From Chrysomallon squamiferum (taxonomy: Eukaryota > Animalia > Mollusca): a stretch of 64,000 bases of DNA. The notes under the pieces were generated by a model. The model made no database searches, was not told the DNA's origin, and was given only the letters and a program-made list of their open reading frames with translations. Of this stretch, positions 49,380 to 62,508 are shown piece by piece. The first letter of the stretch is position 1. Each line of letters opens with the position of its first letter. The stretch is taken from positions 28,396,001-28,460,000 of the forward strand of contig CM022670.1 of assembly GCA_012295275.1 (NCBI GenBank). The letters are read 5' to 3'. The translations under genes were made by a program, and so were the position numbers.

Positions 49380-52300
49380 AGCTAATATAACTGAAAAGGT
49401 AGAACAAAATTAATAAAAAAAAAAAAATTAAATGTGAAGGTTTTTTTTCTAACTATATTAAATAATCTATCTAAAACTATTTATCTGGGGTTAAGTCAGT
49501 AGCTTTCAGATCAGAACAAAGTAGGATCATCTCTCTACAACTTCTCTACAATTAGAGTAACTGTTTGTTTAACAAATATTCTTTGACAAACAATCAAGGC
49601 TTATGAAAAGAATGAACAGGCACAGCTGAATCTTCAGAAAAAGTAATGACAAAAAAATCTTTTACCAATAACCAAATCTGGAAATTAATTTCAGACTTAA
49701 AATATTTAAAAAAATAATAATAATAATTTAAAGATATTTCAGAAATTTATCTGTAGAATAACATGAATTACAGAAATAAATAAATAAAAAATTTTTAAAA
49801 ATTAAAAAACATAAAATAAAACATTAAAAATAAAATAACAGAAAGTACAGAAAATAACTAAATATAACACAGAAAAAAAGAAACAATCAAACTGGATAAA
49901 TATCCATTCAAAATACTTTTTTTTTCTTTTTTTTTAAAAGAATGAAAATTTCCAACAATACTGTTGACATTTTGCTACAAGTTCTCACCTGCATTCAATG
50001 AGTAAAAATTCCTTGCACACTTTGCCTGGTGTTATTCATATCAGTCGTGTTGCAACAACTCCGACAACTCCGTAACAATCTAGCTGAACCAAATTTGTCA
50101 CCCAAATGTTTGACACGTTTCTGCTTTAAACTGAGTTTTTACCACACAAAAATAAACACAAGAAGAAAGTGTGGCTGCAGCAGCCAATGGAATGACAAAA
50201 TTTGAAATTGTTTTTTGTATACAATATAAAATATTGTCCAATGATAAGAACAATGTCTTACTTGAAGTAAACAATAATGTGGACACCTGGAAAAAATGGG
50301 GAATAAAAGTTCTTTTTAAATTTTTTTTATTACTTCATTTCTTCTTCTTTTTTTTTATTGCTAAATTTGTAGTTTGTAAATAATTTAAAAGAAAAAATGT
50401 TTTTTAAAAAGAGAAATGATAATGAAGTTTTAAATTGTTCTTGATACCTATTATTTAGATAACTGCAAAATAAACACTCTTATGTACATTTTAGATAAAT
50501 TAGGAAATTAATGTGTATATCCAATTTAGAAATACATATTAAATTATTTCTGTAGTGAAATATTTCAAAACCTCGCTATTTCCAGACCTTTGTTCTAAAA
50601 CTACAGACAGAGAGACAGACCACCCAACCCCCTGAAAATCCTGCTATGAGCCAGTCAGTCCTTGAAGAATAAAACCACGTCACATCTAATTAACAGAACT
50701 CCTGTGGATTTTATCAACATCGTTTAATGAACCCCTCCCCTGTTTCCTCCTCATGCACTGTCACCAAAAGCCCCCCCTTGAACAGGACAACAATTGCATT
50801 AGGAAGGGCAGGATAGTTTAGTCACCCTGGATGCAAATAACCTGACAATTATTTGCCCATTGTGTGTAACATGATGTGACAAGCTGTAGAAAATAGTGAA
50901 AACCAGCAAACGCAAATAAATACTGTCTTTGTGTCTATTTCAATGACTGGCCTTGAATGATGATTACTGTTAACATTGGAAACTCATCCTGTTATTTGAA
51001 ATAATCTCTTCAGAAATAGCTTTCAGAATTATTCATGTTGGTTCCTCATTAAAGGGATTCATTACAGAGGGGTTATCAAAGTACATATGTATTTATGATA
51101 TTAAAAATAAAAACTGACTTAAAGCATTATATTCTGTGTTATACATAAGATAACAACCAAAACTTTTTGTAAACAAAAATATATATATTTCAGTCATTAT
51201 ACTTACTGAGAGGCATTTTTTTTTTTTTTTAAAGTTTATATATATATATATTTTTATTTTTTTTTTTTTTGCATGATATACATATCTATTCTGATTCTGT
51301 CATTGATTTTTCATATTTATTGCTATGAACAAAATAAAAAAAAAACCTGTCTTCAGTAAACATTTTACTATTATACATATTACACCACACTAAATCAATA
51401 ATCAGAAACATCCAACATAATTTATAAGTTATAGGAAAAACAATTAAAAATTCTTAAAATATAACTGAACTTATAAATTTCATTTATTCCATTCTAGTCT
51501 GTAATGAGTCTGAAACCATATTATAGATACTGGACCAATTATCTGGCGTCCTGAAATCCAGGAAGACCTGAAATCTGGAAGATTTTTCCTGTCGCTATTG
51601 TCATTATTTGCACGAGTAAGTGTTGTCCTCACTACAGTTTTTTTGTGAGCAAGAACTTTCAAGCTAAGTCAAAGATAGTGTCAAAGAAAAAAGTAAACTG
51701 AACACTGCCTTCATCTATACCAAAACATAGCTACAATCACAAGGACATTGGCACTATGTGGCCTGTTTTGGAAAGCTTTCATTTTTTTTTTTTGAAAGTA
51801 ATAATTCTAAAGATGGCCTGCACCTATACCAACACAACTGAAATCACAAGGACATCAGCAGCATACATAACCAGTGTGAAATAACCAGGATTCTTGAACA
51901 ATGAATTGTTGCTGGTGTGACTGATGTAACAGTAAACACTGGGTACACACACAGGTAACTGCTCAAGTAGCCAACTTGGACACTTCTCCGAGCAGCAGGC
52001 TTTGTCAACTGTACACTGAGGACAATGGCTAATAACACACCTCGTAAAGACCATTGTTGGATCCCCGATGGGCTGGGGTGAAACACCCAGACATGCTATT
52101 GATGCTGTTTCCACCTGCAGAAAGGCCACAAGTTCAAATGTTGAAGAGTTTCTGTTTTTACCTGGATTTTCCCACGAAATACCTCAACTGTGTTTGATTA
52201 GTCAAAGAGAAAGTGTCTGCTTTTGTAACTCCTATTTATACTGAGATAACTTAGAAAGTTTGAACAGACTTTTTGCAGAATCTTGAAAAAATAACAAATG

Positions 52301-52664
52301 GTTAATTCTTGTAAAACTTGTATTAAATAGTAAGAAAAAATGCATTATCTCTCTCCCCCCATTGTCCCATTCTTATCTGTTTTCTGTCATTCATTCTCCA
52401 CTCTTTTTTTGTCTTACTGATTTTCTTTTCCTTCTTTCCTTCCATTTACAACTCCTACCCAACATAAGACAAACCTATTGTCATATCATACAGCAACATA
52501 CATTTTAAAATTCTGTAAACATGAATCTAAAAATGCTCTAAATACTGACAAAGAAATGATGACAACATGGCATTTATCATCATTTTGAACACCACATAAA
52601 TCCCCTAAATTCAAGAGAAAAATAAGAAAAAAAAAAAAAAATTAAAAATTAAAAAATCTGTTAC

Positions 52665-52929
52665 CTGCTAGAACCTGTTGTCTTCGAATTCCAATTCCCA
52701 TTTCAAATTTTCTGTTATGAAATCCTTTGACTCGTTCACTGAAACTGCGGACCCAGACATGGTTTTGTTCAAGAAATGATTGATGTTTTGAGCAGTTATT
52801 TGTTTCTGGTGTCCGGAATTCCTGCTTGTTGTTTACTGTTTCAGACAGCATCCACAATTTTCCATGATTGTCATAAGAATAAACCTCACAGTCAACTGAT
52901 TTTTGTCTTTTCCAACACACCGATGCCAT
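52665..52929 (-). CDS. Candidate alternative first coding exon (88 aa, MASVCWKRQKSV...RRQQVLA)
   Basis: acaATGG start context and 88 open codons of non-repetitive sequence in AT-rich DNA. Ends at a phase-1 donor GCA G|gtaaca followed by T-rich intron-like sequence. Confidence 0.55.
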
Positions 52930-55900
52930 TGTTAATGTGTTCAATTCTTATTTATTTGTATTCATCATTACTATTATTATTTATTTTAAAACACAGTTCT
53001 GCTATTTACTATTAAAAATAAAATGTTCAATACAATGGTTTTTGTTTATATTCATATCTTACACAATCTTTATGTATAGAGTTTAATATTTTGTTTAAAT
53101 ATGTTTTGTAATTTGTTACGTATCTTCTTTTTTTTTTTTTAATCCAACATCTTTCAATCATTTCCAAAATTTAAAAATGTATTTCATTGTAAATAGGCAA
53201 AAAACCACCCAACAATTTCTCCATTAAAAACAGCAAACAGAATTGTTTAATTATGATAAAAAGTAGATTACCACATTAACATGTTAAAAATCATTCTGAA
53301 AGAAAACTTGGAATAATAATTTATACCTTGGGCATCTAATATTATATAGAAATTGTTTTTTTTTTTATCTCTTATTGTATTTTCTACTGCACATCCTGTG
53401 TTGTTTATGTCACACTGACAAATGTGTCCTGTACTACACAGTGTGTCTTTTTATCTCTCATCTGACAAAACAAACTGAAGAAATCTGGGATTTGTGTTGT
53501 TTTTTCTTATCCTTAATCCTCACCATTCAAAATATGAACACCCATTTGAAGATTAAAATCCAAATTGTGAGCACAAAGGGAGGACCAACAATATCAGTTT
53601 TAAAATGCCTGAAGGAAACTGCTTTAAATCCTTCTGGAAAAAACTTTTTGAATATTTATAAGTATTAAGGATAAAAGAAAAAATGGTTTTAACACTCAAA
53701 TTTCAAAGATGGCAAAATATTTTAAAAATGCAGTTTGTTTAATGCCATTAGGGAAATATTTAAAATCCTTTATATAAAATGTTTTTGATCTGGAGTATAT
53801 GAATATGAAAAGAAAAACACTGAATTTATAAATTCCAAATTCTGAATATTAACAATAAAAGTTTGAGAAAGATATTTTAAAATCGGTCATGGAAAATCTT
53901 CATGTTTTGTCCACATGTATCAAACGATGCATTTACAAACTCCAAAATCTGAATAAATTTCCCAAACTTTATCACTTATGAAATTCCAAAGGAGAAATAT
54001 TTTAAAATCCTTCAAGGAAGATGTAATGTGTTATATGCACATACATATGAAAACAAAAGAGAACATGATGGAAACACACACTGTCCATGCTAATACAAGT
54101 CCTGAATGACCAAGCGGTCGGTCATCTCTTGAGACTGGTCACATTCCACATGACAAACGGTTTTGATGTGGCCATATGTCAACTAGACTTAAGCTGCAAG
54201 CTAAGATGGACATAGGTCAGTCAGAAATTACTTCACCTGGCAAGACAATTGAAACAAGGTTTTGGCCATTGTCCAGAGATGTGTCTGTAACAAAAATCTG
54301 TTCATCCATCCATCCTGAGTACTTTCTCTTCCACAGACAATAGCAACAAGACACAATCAAACAGACAGAGCCAGAACAAGCCAATCACAGCACAGCCTGC
54401 CTGCCTGCCAGGCCTTTAATTACTGTTGTTATAAGACCCCAACCTGCTTATCTTGGGACACACATAGACAAGGATACTCAGAGAAAAGACATGCCTGAAC
54501 CCTCAGTAAAATGTAAGCATGTGTCAGATATCTGATTAATTTAAGACAAAACGAAATTAAAACAGGTCATATAACATTTCTTAAAAGGCAGCAAACAAGG
54601 TGTATGAATGTTTGAGTGTATGTGTGTGTACTACATGTTCATATACCATCATACTTAAAGCACCTATGATATTTATATACTTGAATCTTCAGCAACTGAC
54701 AGATTTATGGCTGATAAAAATCAAAGTGGACAACATGCATTTTCTACAAGACAGCACTGTCCACACAGCAACCACTCAAGTCTGTGATGTGGCATGAAGG
54801 GTGTTACAAGCCAGACTAACAGCTGAGAAGAATGAAGACTGCCGTATATCAGTTACAAGTGTGTGTATACACCTTCCCCTCTTTATTCTGGTCAAGTACT
54901 GAAGAGGTTAACTCCCCTGACCTTTGATCTCCAGTTTTTAAGTACAGTATATATCACTTCTTTCATCACCTGAGTGTTTTGTACAGAGGATGATAGACAG
55001 AAAGATGGAAATAAAGGGGAGTTAGAGGAAAGAAAGATAGAAATGACAAAAATTAAAAATTAAAAAGAAGAAAACAAGAAATTTGGTTACTTATTAAATA
55101 CTGTGATTATGATATCATAAGCACCAGTAAAAACCAAAATAATTTTTTTTTAAATTACATTTTGTTTTAAAACAATGATTAATTCTGTTATTTTTACCAA
55201 CAACTTCCCAAAATAACAACTGTTAAAAAAATAAAAAATAAATTAAAAAATGTTCTAAAAAAAGGAAACAATTTTTGTTTTCTGTTGAAACACAGCTAAA
55301 TATTATGTCCTACATCAGAAATGTCTCAGATATCAGATAGCAAATACACAGATAAAACAAATGCCAGTGAAATGTGTAACACAAGCTGGTGGGAAAAACT
55401 GGAAATGTCAAGAATTTCCTTCTAATTTCACTCATTTGTCATATGTGTTTATGATACTCCAGTAATTACTGGCAATAAACTGTATTAATTAGGAGATCAG
55501 CCATCAGGTGGTCCCATTTAACAACAGACAACAGAAAAAGAAGATTTTAGGAGAATTAATAATGGGTGTGGGTGCTTTGTTTTGCTTACTTTTATAAAAT
55601 TTTGATGACTACATTTTGTCATCAAATAATAATAAAAAATCACAATTTAAAAATGGAACAGTTAATTTTTCGTTCAATTGGCTTGTTTGTCAGAAAAAGT
55701 TTCTCAAAAAGAGTTCTACATATGGTAAAATAATCAAAGAAATCCAACAAACATTCATGCAGGCAAGCATTCACAGCTACAAACAAGCACACAAATAACA
55801 GTTCAATGATAAAATCTTAAAATGAATGTAGTTACAATTAATGGTATGTATTCAACTCAGAAAAAAGTTCAAGTATGTAAATCATGGACAGACATCAGCA

Positions 55901-56624
55901 GGAGTTTCTGCACAGGACAGGGCTAATATTAGCAGATAAAAAAAAAACCTTCACCACTTGCTAGACACTTCAGTGTCTAAATTCGAGATAATCCAACAAA
56001 GCAGTAAGGTCCCCTGCACCAATTAAACACAAGTTCAGAGCAGCCAACGACCTTTCTCAAGACTAATCAGCAAAACGGTTTCCTTTTATCAGTAAACTTT
56101 AAAGTAAGCAGGAGTAATATTTGTGTCAGCTTTGTAAAATACAGCACATTTAGCTTGTCTGGGCTTTACCACAGGGACACTAAATGGTGTCCAATCTGAC
56201 AAGAAGAGGTCAAAGACATCAGAAGACCATTGTGTGCTGGGATCTGCATTTTACCAGTAAATGTCAAAAAAACAATGAAATCATGGAGTCAGTCACTTGG
56301 GTTCTCTTTTAATTTCATTTTTATGTGCAGCAATTTTTCATGACTGTGCATGCCATGCATGCATAAATCTTTGGTTGTTACCTAAAGTTGGACAGTAAAC
56401 GTTATAAATACAATAAACCTTTATCTTACGCATATATTAGCCATTCAAGTTTAGAGATTCAATGCCATGAATGCATGCAATATTAGTTTCTGTAGTTTGG
56501 TTAATGTTGTAAACACTATACATTTATCTTATGCATATAGTAGCTATCAAGTTGAAATTTTTCACTGAATGCATGTTTAAACCATAAATACATGTATTTT
56601 TGGGCAAAAGCAACAAAATCTAAC

Positions 56625-56660
<36 letters not shown>

Positions 56661-57184
56661 TGTATATGTGGAGAGAGTAACAAGCGAAATATTGAAAATA
56701 CATTAACAAAATGAAGGAAAATATGATAATAAATAAAAACAATGTTGACAAAAAAATAATAACACCTCAAATGAATTAAAAAATAATTTTTAACAAAACA
56801 AAAAATAAAATAAAATATAAAATAAAACATACATAAATTAACAAATTAACAAATAAATAATAAATAAAAAATAAAGATTTAACATACTTTTTACACACTG
56901 TACAATTACATCATAATGAGGTATGTGATGTTTAGCACATACCTATGGTATTTGACAGGTTAGCTACAGGCTCAGCATGTTGTTACATAACCCATTACTC
57001 AAACCACTCTTATGTTATACTTAGGAATGTCCTCTAGCTTTGAAACAGTTATTAATGGTAAGTACTGTCCTGCCTTAGGCAGACTTCATTTTGGGCTTTT
57101 GGAACTAATTAGGACAGAGATGTCATTTTTTTTTTTCCTACTGTTCATTTAAGCCAGTGCTCAACATCTGTTTCATCAAAGATT

Positions 57185-57295
57185 ATTGTCTATGCTTTAT
57201 TATGTGTAGGAAGAGGACTATAAACAAATTTCTTGCTGCTGTATGAAAAGAGTATCCCATGTGATGGTGGTCACAGGGCTTGCTCTTTCACAGCA
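57185..57295 (+). mobile_element. Degenerate SINE core relic
   Basis: ctataaacaaatttcttgctgct...gaaaagagtatcccatgtgatggtgg resembles the core at 28556-28600. Confidence 0.4.
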
Positions 57296-57683
57296 TTCTT
57301 ATGCAAAGAACCAATTGGAAGAAAAAATACATTTCAAATGGTTGATCAACTGACTGATTAAATTATGATATCATCACTGGTCAGAACAGGAAAGGAAATT
57401 GATTCTACAACCTGTTATATATAATTAACAAGCAATACCAAAACAAAGTTATAGGCTTTATAGTCAAGGATACTACTATTTTGTTTTATCTGTAAATGAT
57501 GAAAGCATGTGTGAGTGCATGTGGATACTAGTCTCTTTGATTTCATCTTTTTTGTGTAAAGACACTTACTCAGTTTGTTTGAACAACACATGATAAAGCT
57601 GGACTCTTATTGTGAGTAAATTAAGCTTGTAATGCTTCTAAGATAGCAGACATCTGCTGTAAACACCCACAGTATGTACACAT

Positions 57684-57901
57684 GGTCTCAGGTATACATG
57701 GCAGAGTGTGTAGGTTAATTACTGTTAATATGGAGACTGGATATGAATAAGATGAGGGCGGTCTCAGGTATACATGGCAGTGTGTAGGTTAATTACTGTT
57801 AAAGTGGAGACTGGATATGAATAAGATGTGGGCGGTCTCAGGTATACATGGCAGAGTGTAGGTTAATTACTGTTAATGTGGAGACTGGATATGAATAAGA
57901 T
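57684..57901. repeat. ~75-bp tandem repeat, 3 copies
   Basis: ggtctcaggtatacatggcag...ggagactggatatgaataagat starting at 57684, 57760 and 57834. Confidence 0.92.
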
Positions 57902-60900
57902 TCAGGATACTCATCATCACGTATGTAAATTACAGTAAGGAGAAAATAAAGTGTGTTTATGACAATTAAGTAACAAGACTTTTTTTTAGCTTTCTTCTTA
58001 CTAAATGTATAAAATAAATAATAAGAAGATTCTAGATTCTTGTTGCTAATTGTATACATGAATTATATTCTGAACATACAGATATATGTGCATGTATGTG
58101 TGTCAGTGTCTCTGCATAACAATAATAATAAAGACAATTCTGATCCTCTAGACAAGAAATATATATTTTTAATATTTATTTATTTATTTTAAATTGTGAC
58201 TATCTAGCAATAATTTAATCCCTGTAATAATTTATAATCCACTTTTTAATAACTTGCATCTCTCACCAGTTTTATATTATTCCTTTAAAATTTGTAAATG
58301 AAAATGTTATTATCTTTCTGATATTTATTTTCCAAAATAATAAAATTCTCTACACAGATGATGAAAGACCACATTGAAAATGTCACAATCAATCACAAAT
58401 TCAGTTATTCAGCTTTCTTCAAATACGTGTAAATTACCTGTTTTACCTTTAATAAGGAATATTACAGCTAACATTTTATGGTCGTTCCACTACACATCAT
58501 TAAGGTAATTGTAATGTGGAAATTATTGGTGTTGATGATTCACAATGTCTGTGTGTCTGTCACTGCTGCTGTGATTGATCAATCATGACTGTCACATGTG
58601 ACACATGGCCAATGGGATACTGGGTAATTCTGCGGCTCATTTTTATATCATGCCAGCAGAGATGCAAATTAAAATTTAAAACTTTTCCTGAATCACTGGT
58701 AACAAAGAGTAAAACAAAATGTATTCTAAATTTATCTGGAAAAGTAGTGGGAGGGAAAGAAATGAAAAGGTATAAAATTTTAATGGTCTTCTTGTTAAAT
58801 CTTTGTAATTATGTATGTTTCAAGGATGTACTGTTAGATTTAGATCCAGTTATAAATAATCTATTCAAAAATATCATTATTATGAGTATTATTTTGTTCT
58901 TTCTGTTTAATTGTTGTTGTTTTCATTTTATTGTTATTATTAGATAAATCTGAAATTACTATCTCTGAATTAATTTTATGAAGAGAAAAATTAATCACAT
59001 TAAATATCATATGCATCATTTGTGTTATGTATAATTTGTTTTTGAACTGAAGTTTTTCTTTAATATATAACTGTTTGTAATATGAAATTAAGAAAATTGA
59101 TGGTTAGACTGAAGAAAAAAGAATTAAAAATATTATTTATAAAATGTGTACGTGTGTGGGTGTGTCTAATATAATAATAATAAATAAACAAGTACACTGT
59201 GTGGCAGAAACAGGTTTCTTCTCATTTCTGTGTGATTAACACTAGGATGTTAAATAACAATCTATTATATTTTAAAAAGTACAATACAGATGAACAAATA
59301 AATAAAAACCAAATAAAAATTACTGAAATAATATTTTAATGAAACCTTAGAACCAAATCCAATGTAAAATATTAACAAAAAAACCAAAAACTATTTCTGA
59401 AAATTTAAAGTCAGTTTCGTATCGCGTATTTATATAAAAAAAATATTTTAAAAAATGAAAAAACTACCATTATAATAAAATTAAAATGAACTGTTAATGA
59501 AACCTTATAATCCAGACAGATAATGTACAACTGTGCACAGTCTATTGACAAAATACAAAAAAAAAAAAAAAAAAAAAAAACAATGTTCCAACATTCAGTT
59601 ATCATTCACTTTTCTATCAGACAAGCAAATTCACCAACAAAAAGTGCTAACCAACAGTTCAACAACCTTTGTCTTTCAAGTCAGCAGAAGATATGTCGTA
59701 ATATTCAACAAAACATTTAAATGAAAAAAACAAAAACAGAAGAAGATGCTTTGAAAAGAGGCCAAGTTCTTTGTATAATGAAGGAGAATATTAACAACAA
59801 TGTGTCATATTTCCTAACAGGAGTGTTCTAAAACTGGGAATTACCCCAGTCAAAGTGAAAACAGGGAGGAACCAGTATTGTTTTATTAGACTTGGCAATC
59901 AGTATTTAGTTCACAAGCTTCCAAATGGCAACCAAACACTCCATATACATAAAAGGAAAAAATAAAACAACAAAGATTAAAAAAAAAAAAATCTTCAACC
60001 TTTTTAAGAAGGAATTGAAAGTTGCTTGAAAGAAAATCATGTTTACAGGCGGGTCGCCCCGTACCATGACGTTTTTGCCACTCACTGTTGACTGACTACA
60101 ACAACAGTTGTTTCTGAACAAACTGCCACTCAGACATAATACCAAGACCAGTGTAGCCCATAATTACACAGCTTTACCCTTTTCATCCCTTTATTCAACA
60201 ATGGATTCTCCTAAATCAATGTCCAGACTAATCTAATTGACAAAAACAAGGGATGTGTCTCTAAGGTTATCTTCACAAATAGTCTGAATGTAGCAACAAG
60301 ACTCCATACTTTTCAACAATGTCTGTTTTTTGTAGAAATATTGTTCTGTTACTTGTAGGCAAACTAAAAACATCAGATGTTTCTTTTCCTCATTAAGCAG
60401 TTAAATAAAATACCTCCATTTGTCAGTCTGTTATCTGTCTGTCAATCAGTCATGTTGTCCAACCATCCATCAGTCTTTTTTTACCTAACAGTGTGTCTAT
60501 GTAAAAAATATCTTGTCAATGTTTATTTCAAACTGCAACAAAAATAATAAAATAAAACCCTAAACCATTTTCATCATTAAAATTATCATCATCATCATTA
60601 AATATGAGGCAAAATTTCAGTATTTCGAATTAGTAAAAAAAATCCCCAAAACATTCAATTAAAATTCATTCTTTTTTTAAAAGGATATATATGCTTTTTA
60701 TTTTTATTTTTTTATTTCTTTATTTATTTTTTTGATTGCTAGAGAATTCACACACAAAAGACTGACAATCATTTATGGAAGAATAAAAAATGTATAAACA
60801 ATTTCCAAGAAACCTAATGGATTTAAAAAAAATAAAGAACGAAAAACACAACAGAAAAGACTCCTGTCACTTTCCAGTAATTCAAACGATAATAAATGTT

Positions 60901-61533
60901 TTCTGGTTACAGACTCTTAATTCAAACATTTCTGAACTATACTGTTTATTCTTTCAAATGAACTAAATTAAACCAATATATTTTTCAATTTTTTCAATTA
61001 CTTTACTGAAACCTGGTCCATTCATGTTTTTAAATCATTTTTTCTTGAAATGATAAAAAAGAAAGAACAAAAATGTTTGGAGATATATTTGAAAAGATAG
61101 TTTTTGTTATATTATAATTTTATAGCAATGTGATGATGATGATTATGATAATAATAATATAAGACCTGCAAAATAAAATAATCTCATGCAGATTTGAAGA
61201 AAAACAGGGATATTTTAGCAAATGAAATTGTATTGCCAACTATTAAAGTATAATTTACTTCTTACTAAAATATTACAATTGAATATATATATATATATGT
61301 ATATATTCAATTGTAATATTATATATATATTTCTGTTGCTGTACTCATAAATCTTGAGTCAAAACAGAACATCAGTTCTAGCAACATCGGCAATAGCTAG
61401 TTGATCAAATAAATATTTTGACATGTCTTTAGATAAAATTAAATATTTATTCAAAGTCAACTTGCAAATGGAAATTAAACTCAAGTGCTATAAGTATGGC
61501 TACAGATAATAAAAATAACAGGGCAGTACATAC

Positions 61534-61570
61534 CAGCTTCTCTTCTTTCCCGTATGCTTTCATTCAGCTT
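61534..61570 (-). CDS. 37-nt internal exon (KLNESIRERREA), splicing in phase 1 to SAM exon 1
   Basis: Strong acceptor ttatttcatttcatttacag| and donor GCT G|gtatgt. Purine-rich, and gives a plausible helical join REA-EIEAVEAC. Confidence 0.65.
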
Positions 61571-61804
61571 CTGTAAATGAAATGAAATAATTTAAAATTA
61601 TATTTTCAATAATTTTCTAGTATTATTCTAGTACAGAAGAAAATACAAGGCTGAATGAAAAGTACTGTTAATAGTATTGTATTCTTGTTTTTAATGGATT
61701 GACTTCCACATCAAGAAATACATCTATTATATAACACTTGTTCTTCAACAAAATAATAATAATGATGATGATGATAATAATTATAACAATAACAATAACA
61801 ACAG

Positions 61805-61950
61805 TAGTACTAATAATAATGACAGTTGTAGTAGTAGTAGTAATAACAGCAATAATAAATAAAATGAAATAAAAGAAAAGAAAAGAAATAAATAAAACGA
61901 ATTAAAATTAAAATTAAAAATAGTTTAAAACTCCAACAGTCAACAGGAAA

Positions 61951-61982
<32 letters not shown>

Positions 61983-62102
61983 ATAATAATAACAACAGCA
62001 ATAATAAATCAAATGAAATAAAATAAAATAAAATAAATAAATAAAACAAATTAAAATTAAAATTATAAACAGTTTAAAACTCCAGCAGTCAACAGGAAAT
62101 AA
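61805..62102. repeat. Tandem duplication (~150 bp) embedded in (AGT)n/(AAT)n repeats
   Basis: agtttaaaactcca.cagtcaacaggaaata at 61922 and 62071, each preceded by similar A-rich sequence. Confidence 0.8.
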
Positions 62103-62457
62103 TAAACAAAAGCTATTACATGTGTTTAATTATGTATTAAGCTGATATCAGTTTAAACAAAATTTTACATATATGCTTTCAAACAAAATTCAGAAAAAAC
62201 ATTAAACTGAAAAGGTATCCTAAATAACAAAAGGACTACAGTGAAATATGTAAACTGGAAAACTGTGTTTGCCTAATTTATCTAGTATTTTTTTCCTGTT
62301 TTAACTAATTTAGCAAAGTCAATGGTATATACTGTCTGGGCAGGTGGAAAATTCATATTAAAGGGAGTTTGCTTCTAACAGAAAAATATTAACTTATTGA
62401 AGACTATCAAAATTATCACTAAAAAAAGGTTTGTTTTGACTGAGAAATTAAACTTAC

Positions 62458-62508
62458 CTCGACAGATGCCTGTTTTGTAAAACAAAATCTACAGTCTAAT
62501 GATACCAT
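62458..62508 (-). CDS. Candidate first coding exon (MVSLDCRFCFTKQASVE), phase 0 to the 37-nt exon
   Basis: acaATGG start context, in-frame TAA upstream, and a consensus donor GAG|gtaagt in the phase required by the 61534-61570 exon. Confidence 0.5.

Noticed and set aside
59906-60145. Cys-cluster ORF in a small GC-rich patch
   Set aside because: No convincing phase-1 donor, and the frame runs into T-rich intron-like sequence.
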